From: Planctopirus limnophila DSM 3776
Lineage (GTDB): Bacteria; Planctomycetota; Planctomycetia; Planctomycetales; Planctomycetaceae
Direction: 5' to 3'
DNA: 32,000 bases
NCBI RefSeq assembly: GCF_000092105.1
Contig: NC_014148.1
Location: 2,010,001 to 2,042,000 of the forward strand
The notes beneath the pieces are model-generated. The model was not told the DNA's origin and did no database searches. It saw only the letters and a program-made list of their open reading frames with translations. The translations under genes were made by a program, and so were the position numbers. This document shows positions 25,818 through 32,000 of this stretch, piece after piece. The first letter of the stretch is position 1. Each line of letters opens with the position of its first letter.

Positions 25818-28727
25818 CTACCAGTTGTATTTCAGCACCCAGCCGGTGGCTTTGTCGGGATGAAGCGGCAAGAGAATTTCTTTGGAATTGCCCATCGTTC
25901 GCAATTGTGGACGCAGCCCTTGTGTACCTGCCTGTGGTTCAATGGTGAGCCACCAGACCCCGTCAATCAACCATGTTGTGCCAGAGGATGAACTTCCTAA
26001 GAGCGATTCTTCCTGCTCGATGCGTGAGGCTTTCAGAACACGGAATTGCGGCGTGCCGTCCGTCGAACTGATGGTAGATCCTTTGGATGGACGAGTGAGG
26101 ATTGTCCGCTGCAAATCTGTCGTGGTGTCGTTGGGACTGGACTTCCATGCGGAGAATTGATCGATGACATCCAGACGACCATCCGTGAACTGGAAAGCCG
26201 TCAGCGCCGGTTGATCCTTGGCAACCACGGGAAGCGAGTAACCCTGGAAGCGATAGCCGTTTTCGCGAGCCAGACCTTCCGGCCATGCCTGATCGGGAGT
26301 TGTCAGATACGCGACCGGGCGACCATCGGGCATCGATAGTATTTCGTCACCTGATGGCCCGGTGAAACCTTGGCCGCGACCTGTCCAATGCCTTGAAGCA
26401 TCAATGAAAGCTCCGTGCCAGATCATGGCTAGACGCATGTTGTTTGCATCCCACGCGAGGTTCACCTTCTCAGGGAAAGCGATGCCAACGCCGCGAAAGC
26501 CGGCCCCTTCAATGAAGTTGCGGTAGACCAGTGGAGTATCTGTGGCCACAAGTTCAATCGGTTCCCGGATCAAACCCGCCGGAATCGCGGCCTTCTCACC
26601 GTCGCTTAAATACATCCAGACAGCTCGAATCTGGAGGTCAGGTTTGCCTTCTAAAAGATCTGGCAAACTGGTCGTTCCAAAGGGCCAGGCCGCCGGCATG
26701 CGTGTTCCCGGTCGATACTCCTGCGGATTAGCCAGATAGCGAACAAACCAGTCTTCGCGAAGGCGGCTGGTCATCGAAGCCAGATTGATGGCCCGAATCC
26801 CGATGGAAGGATATTGGCCAAAATCATGGCATTTGATGCAGGAAAGCGAGTTGCCCCCCACCATGTGTCGGCCAGCGGCCTTGATGCGATAATCCGGTTC
26901 GTTGAACTTCGCAATCGACTCGGGTGCCGGCTCAGGTTTACGATCAGTGGCGATCAGCAGGTCTTTCAGATGACCAATCGCTCCCGACCCGTAGCGAGGC
27001 ATGTGGGTGAGCATGTAATTCTGGCGGTTGTTGGCACCTTCATTCAAAAGTTTGGCCAGCCAGTCATCTCGTAGTTTATCGCCTACACCGTTGAGTGAAG
27101 GCGGTAGTCGTCCTTCATCACCCATTTCCTTCATTGTCGTCTCGAAGACGCTGTCACGAATCTTTTCAGCACCGCCGTAGAGACCACGCTGATGGCAGGC
27201 ATAGCAGTTGAAAGCAAGAAACGTCTGGTGAATTTTCGCCGGGCCAGAAGTTAACGCGGCCAGTGCTTCTGGTTGGCCAGCAATATCCTTCAATGCCTTG
27301 AGTGCCTGCTGAACTGAGGATCTCTGAGCCTCGGACAGGCGGTAATTGGCCGATTTACCAGAAACCGATTCTGCGAGGCAACCTTTCGCAAGATCGATCT
27401 TTGCCAGTTCAGTGGCCTGATGTTGTGGCTTCAGGGTGTCGTTCCCCTGCTTGTATTCATGACAGGCAGCACAATTCAAAGAGGTAAAGAGTTCCTTGCC
27501 TTGAGCCGCCAGATTGGGATCGAATTCGAAGGGACGTCTGGCCAGTTCTTGACCGGCAGATGCTTTTGAAGGAAGCGCGACTAGCAGTGATTCGAGAGGA
27601 CGTCGGCTGAGCTTTGGCCCTTGAACCTCGACCTTCAATTCGGCTCCACCACCTTGCTGGAAAAACTCTACTACGACAGGATGCTTGCCAGCTTCGAGCC
27701 TGGTCTTACCGGCTTTGGTTTGAGCGGGATGAATACCATCCATCTTGGCGACAGAAGCACCATCGATTTTCAGTTCGCTCCCATCGTCAGAAGTAATCCA
27801 GAACTGGTAGTCACCGGCTGCGGGAACATCGATTGTGCCTGTGAAGACGAGACCATAGTTTGATGTTTTAGGGGCAATCTCGACATCAAAACCTGATGTT
27901 TCACCATTGGAAACCGCTTTGAGTTCGGCAAAGTCAGGGAGATTCTCCCAGCTCCCTTCGTAGTAGGCATAGGTCAGATTGGGTGGGAATGTGAGATCGC
28001 GGAAAAACCAGGCGACGATTTCGCGGATCTCTTCATCTTTGAGATTGAGGCTCGGCATGCGTGCAGCAGGACGGGCTTCGTGAGGTTCTTTCAGAAACCG
28101 AGTCAGACTTTCGACGGTGTACTTCTGGCTGACATGTGAGAGACTGACAGAGGTCTTCCAATCGTCAGCCCCATCCTTGGGAAGATTGTGGCAGGCTGCA
28201 CAGCCAACTCGCTGAAACGTATTGGCCCCTTTATTCGCCAGCCCGCGATCCACAAACGAGTTTCTCAGAGCTTTATCGGAAGCTAGAAAATGAGTAAGTG
28301 CTAAAGCAGCCGGGGCTCGCTCATTCTCCGGGAGAGCACCCAGAATGTGAGGCATCGTAGTGCCTGGCTTGGCCTGATGCGGATCTGCCAGATACTCAAG
28401 AATCCACTCGGGCTGAACTCTTTGTGAAACGTTCGTCAGCCGGGGTGCCTGCTTGGAAAGCAAAACCTGATTCAACTCATGGCTGGTGGCATGGCAGGCC
28501 ACACAATTAAGTTCTCCCACCAGCAGGCGGCCGAGTGCTAACTCATCAACGGGTTGACGATCTTCTTCCTCATCGGCGGCATCGCCCAGAGTCTGGCCAT
28601 GGTAGCGTTCATAACCGGCAACACGCGGTGAGCGATCTGTTTTCGCAGCACTCTCGATGGCCCAACTTGTTGCCGGCAGGGTGGCAATCGTCGAGAAGCA
28701 CCACAGCATGAGACTGCAGCGGGACAT
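25818..28727 (-). CDS. five-haem c-type cytochrome with embedded PA14 domain (about 969 aa)
   Basis: Five CxxCH sites (CVACH, CAACH, CAACH, CYACH, CIKCH), most followed by a distal (T/R)MP Met-ligand context. The PA14 signature YYEGSWENLPDF...GDYQFWITSDDGSELKIDG...VVVEFFQQGGGAELKV (about nt 27615-27974) lies between haems 2 and 3. About 300 aa of unassigned C-terminal domain. ATG 28727 gives the signal peptide MSRCSLMLWCFSTIATLPATSWA; the ORF-track GTG is at 28769. Confidence 0.85.
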   Translation of the reverse strand: MSRCSLMLWCFSTIATLPATSWAIESAAKTDRSPRVAGYERYHGQTLGDAADEEEDRQPVDELALGRLLVGELNCVACHATSHELNQVLLSKQAPRLTNVSQRVQPEWILEYLADPHQAKPGTTMPHILGALPENERAPAALALTHFLASDKALRNSFVDRGLANKGANTFQRVGCAACHNLPKDGADDWKTSVSLSHVSQKYTVESLTRFLKEPHEARPAARMPSLNLKDEEIREIVAWFFRDLTFPPNLTYAYYEGSWENLPDFAELKAVSNGETSGFDVEIAPKTSNYGLVFTGTIDVPAAGDYQFWITSDDGSELKIDGASVAKMDGIHPAQTKAGKTRLEAGKHPVVVEFFQQGGGAELKVEVQGPKLSRRPLESLLVALPSKASAGQELARRPFEFDPNLAAQGKELFTSLNCAACHEYKQGNDTLKPQHQATELAKIDLAKGCLAESVSGKSANYRLSEAQRSSVQQALKALKDIAGQPEALAALTSGPAKIHQTFLAFNCYACHQRGLYGGAEKIRDSVFETTMKEMGDEGRLPPSLNGVGDKLRDDWLAKLLNEGANNRQNYMLTHMPRYGSGAIGHLKDLLIATDRKPEPAPESIAKFNEPDYRIKAAGRHMVGGNSLSCIKCHDFGQYPSIGIRAINLASMTSRLREDWFVRYLANPQEYRPGTRMPAAWPFGTTSLPDLLEGKPDLQIRAVWMYLSDGEKAAIPAGLIREPIELVATDTPLVYRNFIEGAGFRGVGIAFPEKVNLAWDANNMRLAMIWHGAFIDASRHWTGRGQGFTGPSGDEILSMPDGRPVAYLTTPDQAWPEGLARENGYRFQGYSLPVVAKDQPALTAFQFTDGRLDVIDQFSAWKSSPNDTTTDLQRTILTRPSKGSTISSTDGTPQFRVLKASRIEQEESLLGSSSSGTTWLIDGVWWLTIEPQAGTQGLRPQLRTMGNSKEILLPLHPDKATGWVLKYNW

Positions 28728-28989
28728 CCAATACGTCCATTGAACAAGCGAAATCAAGGTGGGATTCACAGCGGGCGGCTTCCTGGCAGACTACATCTTG
28801 CAGTTAAAGACCGTTACTGATCAGTCGTCGCCAGGAGTGAGTTCGAAGAACATCGTCTCCATCAGGCTCTCTGGCATAGATCAATCAGTAGCGATGTGTT
28901 ACCACAATTGTGACGTCAGAAAAACCCCCTCATCACTCAGTTTTGATCATTTTTTCTGGAGTGATCCACCTGAGAAAACTCGTCGACGC

Positions 28990-30561
28990 TTAAGGAAACT
29001 GGTTTTCCTGCAACAAACCAGCAATCCCGGCGGCTGAGACCCAATACTGCTCCTGAGCTTCAATTGATGCCAGCTCGGTTTCGAGTAGTGTTCTTTGAGA
29101 TTGCAGCAATCTGAGAAAATCGATCTGCCCTTGCGCGTAGAGTGTCTGACTGATTGCCAGAGTTTCACGGGCCTGAGGCAGGATTTCGATGTGATACTTT
29201 TCCACCAGTTGCCGGGATGTTTCGTAGGTGGCATAGGCTTGTGCAGCGAGGTTGGAAAGTTCGAGTTCCGTCTTCTGAAGATCGGCTCTGGCTCCGGAAA
29301 GACTCGCCTCTGCAGAAGAGATATTTCCCTGATTCTGATTCCAGAGGGGCACACTCATAGTGACCTGGAACAAGCCCTGATTTTCAGCCGGAACACCAAT
29401 CTGCCGCTGGTATCCACCCATGACGTCAAAGTTGGGAACAGGTTCTACGCGAGCACGCTGCAGCAGGCGGGACATGCGTTCGATTTCGAGCCGGGCGATG
29501 CTCGCCTGAGGATGAAAATTGGCTGCCGCGACCTGGATTTCGTCGAGTTGATAACTTCTTGCTTCGGCATTCAAGTCGCCGCTGACTGATTGAATACTTA
29601 AAGCGGGGCAGGCGACCAGCAAAGCCAGTTGCCTTTTGCCCACGTTGTAAATGGTTTGTGCATTCTGCAAGGCGACTTCTGAACGGCGGCGTTCAATATC
29701 AAGCAGCAGAATGTCTGACTTGGCACCTTCACCTGCCTTGAACAATCTTTCCGAAATATCGAGTGATCGTGCGGCAATGCTGACGAGTTCTTCGAGGATT
29801 CGAGTCCGCTTCTGTGCGGCCAGTACCGCGTAATACTTTTGACGCAATTCCGTCAGGACGATAAATCGTTCCTGTTGCCATTCGTACTGTGCCTGCGTGA
29901 CAGCCGTTTGAGCAGCAGCGGCACTGATCTTTAGCTTTCGTGCCGTCACGATTTCCTGAGAGATGAAACCGTTGTACTGACTCTCATTGCCATCAATTTG
30001 AGGTGATGAGGCGGAAATGCGAGGATTGGGATACAACCCCGCTTGCACAGTGGCTCCCTGTGCCGATTGAATCTTGCGGAAAGCCGTCGTGAGCCTTGGG
30101 TGATACATCTCAGCGAAAGTCGACAAATCTTCCAGAGAGTAGACATTCTGCTGAGGAAGGATTGCAATTTCGGCAGTCCCCGGAGAAATCTCATAAGAGG
30201 TCACGTCTTTGTAGGAAGCCGCTTCATCAGGAGCTGGCGGAACCGGAGGAACACGAGATGTGCCTGCAGGCATTTCCAGAGAAACCTGCTCCAGCGGCTG
30301 ATGAGCTTCCTCTGAGACATCTTGAGACGCGACTTTGTGATCCTGATTTTCAGCAGGCTGCTTTTGAGCAGCTTCAGAGGTGGCTCGCACTGGTTTGAGC
30401 CAGCGCCACAGCTTCCCCTTAGGAGCTGGCTCTGACGCCACTGCGATCAGCGGCAAAAACTGCAGAAGAATCAGCGATGTCAGTACGACACATCTTTGGA
30501 GGCGAACCTGAGCCAGGCCGCACCGTCGTAACGACAGCTTTTTCGTGAAAACATTCAGCAT
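28990..30561 (-). CDS. TolC-family outer-membrane efflux protein (CzcC-like)
   Basis: Two tandem OEP-type coiled repeats (LEDLSTFAEMYHPRL...AQGATVQAGLYPNP; ...SRLLQRARVEPVPNFDVMGGYQ...PLWNQNQG). It lies downstream of the CusA/CzcA gene on the same strand. Signal-like LTSLILLQFLPLIAVASE is followed by a ~90-aa low-complexity linker. ATG 30561; the ORF-track TTG is at 30579. Confidence 0.8.
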   Translation of the reverse strand: MLNVFTKKLSLRRCGLAQVRLQRCVVLTSLILLQFLPLIAVASEPAPKGKLWRWLKPVRATSEAAQKQPAENQDHKVASQDVSEEAHQPLEQVSLEMPAGTSRVPPVPPAPDEAASYKDVTSYEISPGTAEIAILPQQNVYSLEDLSTFAEMYHPRLTTAFRKIQSAQGATVQAGLYPNPRISASSPQIDGNESQYNGFISQEIVTARKLKISAAAAQTAVTQAQYEWQQERFIVLTELRQKYYAVLAAQKRTRILEELVSIAARSLDISERLFKAGEGAKSDILLLDIERRRSEVALQNAQTIYNVGKRQLALLVACPALSIQSVSGDLNAEARSYQLDEIQVAAANFHPQASIARLEIERMSRLLQRARVEPVPNFDVMGGYQRQIGVPAENQGLFQVTMSVPLWNQNQGNISSAEASLSGARADLQKTELELSNLAAQAYATYETSRQLVEKYHIEILPQARETLAISQTLYAQGQIDFLRLLQSQRTLLETELASIEAQEQYWVSAAGIAGLLQENQFP

Positions 30562-30659
30562 TTCTGGCCTCCCTGCCAAAATCTCAAAGGAGATATCGAT
30601 CCGTCAGGTTCGCGCAATTCATTTCAGGCGTTCATGACGGCACATCCGCCACAATCGAT

Positions 30660-32000
30660 TCAGGAATGCATCTCAGCAACTGGATTGTGATTACTCATCG
30701 TGGGTAAAGCCTGTTCTTCCGAGGTGACCTGTGGGATTTCGAACCACCGGTAAATCGCTGGCAACACCAACAATGTCAGTGCCGTACACGTGACTAAACC
30801 ACCGATCACGACAGTGGCTAAAGGCCTTTGAACTTCAGCTCCAGCGCTCCCAGAGACCGCCATGGGTACAAAGCCGAGTGCCCCGCAAATCGCGGTCATG
30901 AATACAGGTCTCAATCGATCCATCGCCCCGGTCACCACTGCGGTTCTGGAATCCAGGCCATGCAGATACAGATGCCGGATATGTTCGATCAGCACGACAC
31001 CGTTCATCACGGCAATGCCAAACAAGGCGATGAAGCCCACGCCTGCCGAGATCGAAAATGGCATCCCCCGCAACCAGAGGGCAAAGATCCCTCCAGTCGC
31101 AGCGATAGGCACATTCAGGTAGATCAGCAGAGTCAGTCGCACAGATCCAAAGGTCACATAGAGCAGCGAGAAAATCAGAAAGAGCGCCACCGGTACGGCA
31201 ACTGCCAGACGCGCAGAAGCCTGCTGCAGATTCTCGAACTGCCCACCCCATTCGAGTGCATATCCGGGTGGCAGTTTGATCTGCTGATCGACAATCTTCT
31301 GAGCTTCGGCCACAAAGCCACCCAGATCTCGGCCGCGTACATTGCATTGAATGAGTAATCGGCGACGAATCGAATCTCGACTGATCTCTGAGGGCCCGTC
31401 TTCCAACCGGATATCAGCCAGTTGTGAGACAGGAATCTGCCGACCCTGAGGATCAGAAATTTTGAGTTCTTTCAGTTGATCAATATCCACCCGCCATTGA
31501 GGGGCCAGTCGCACCTGCATCGGGAATCGCTTCTGGCCCTCAAACACTTCTCCGACAGGGACGCCCCCCACGGAACTGATTGCAGCCAGCACATCGCTGG
31601 AGTTAATGCCGTAACGGGAAATGGCATCACGCCGAATGATGACTCGCAGATACGGCAATCCAGCAACCTGTTGAGCCTGAACATCGGCCGCGCCGGGAAC
31701 CTGACTGAGAACCCGGACAATTTTGTCTCCTTCGAGTTTAAGTGTGTTCAGATCGTCTCCAAACAGACTGAGACCGATATCGGATCGCACACCAGCCACC
31801 AGTTCCTGAACTCGCAGTTCAATCGGTTGAGTAAAGCTGAACGAGTTGCTGGGGACCGATTTTTCCAGAGCCTCCTGCATCTGTTCAATCAACGTGTTTT
31901 TCTCAATCGCTTCAGGCCACTCATGAACGGGTTTCATGCGCACGAAAACATCGGTCTGATGCACACCCATGGGGTCGTTGGCAATTTCCGGACGGCCGGT
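30660..32000 (-). CDS. CusA/CzcA-family heavy-metal efflux RND permease, C-terminal part (continues beyond the window)
   Basis: The frame stays open to the window edge (...TGRPEIANDPMGVHQTDVFV). C-terminal hallmark RLRPVFMTAICGALGFVPMAVSGSAGAEVQRPLATVVIGGLVTCTALTLLVLPAIY matches HME-RND pumps. Confidence 0.88.
   Translation of the reverse strand, partial: TGRPEIANDPMGVHQTDVFVRMKPVHEWPEAIEKNTLIEQMQEALEKSVPSNSFSFTQPIELRVQELVAGVRSDIGLSLFGDDLNTLKLEGDKIVRVLSQVPGAADVQAQQVAGLPYLRVIIRRDAISRYGINSSDVLAAISSVGGVPVGEVFEGQKRFPMQVRLAPQWRVDIDQLKELKISDPQGRQIPVSQLADIRLEDGPSEISRDSIRRRLLIQCNVRGRDLGGFVAEAQKIVDQQIKLPPGYALEWGGQFENLQQASARLAVAVPVALFLIFSLLYVTFGSVRLTLLIYLNVPIAATGGIFALWLRGMPFSISAGVGFIALFGIAVMNGVVLIEHIRHLYLHGLDSRTAVVTGAMDRLRPVFMTAICGALGFVPMAVSGSAGAEVQRPLATVVIGGLVTCTALTLLVLPAIYRWFEIPQVTSEEQALPTMSNHNPVAEMHS

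Noticed and set aside
28940-28989. Possible terminator after the TolC-family gene (ATCACTC...GAGTGAT stem followed by GGGGGTTTTT on the minus strand)
   Set aside because: The stem is only 7 bp with a ~20-nt loop, and the T-run is separated from it by extra bases. This is too weak to call.
1-32000. Mobile element, prophage, genomic island or defence system
   Set aside because: I recognised no integrase, transposase, phage, toxin-antitoxin, restriction-modification or CRISPR/Cas signature. I saw no flanking direct repeats and no abrupt compositional shift apart from short AT-richer intergenic gaps.

Overview
Densely coding 32-kb chromosomal segment, mid-50s % GC by eye. I call 22 CDS on both strands and recognise no rRNA, tRNA, CRISPR array, transposase or integrase. 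The gene content suggests a Planctomycetota/PVC-type genome, which is inference only. That content is four tandem sulfatases, a giant 'membrane-bound dehydrogenase domain + Pirellula/Verrucomicrobium-type CxxCH' protein, a five-haem cytochrome carrying a PA14 domain, weak or absent Shine-Dalgarno sequences and several non-ATG start candidates. Order along the window: alpha/beta hydrolase (5' partial), Tat-exported metallophosphoesterase, 1193-aa dehydrogenase/HEAT/haem protein, four sulfatases (minus strand), SDR, DUF4291-like protein, MurD, AcpS, 4-TM protein, prepilin-peptidase-like protein, GAF/HD-GYP protein, secreted hypothetical, FolM/PTR1-like SDR, sn-glycerol-1-phosphate dehydrogenase homologue, CE4 deacetylase, beta-propeller protein, multihaem cytochrome, TolC-family protein, and a CusA/CzcA RND pump (partial at the window edge). 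The items most worth follow-up are: (1) the archaeal-type G1P dehydrogenase homologue paired with an SDR; (2) the same uncharacterised propeller + c-haem module present both split and fused, with a PA14 domain in the split form; (3) a prepilin-peptidase homologue with no second catalytic Asp; (4) a MurD with Leu in place of the conserved NDSKATN lysine, and an AcpS with Ser in place of the Mg-ligand Asp; (5) two GC-rich palindromic intergenic elements. Everything rests on reading the sequence and remembered family motifs; no searches were run.
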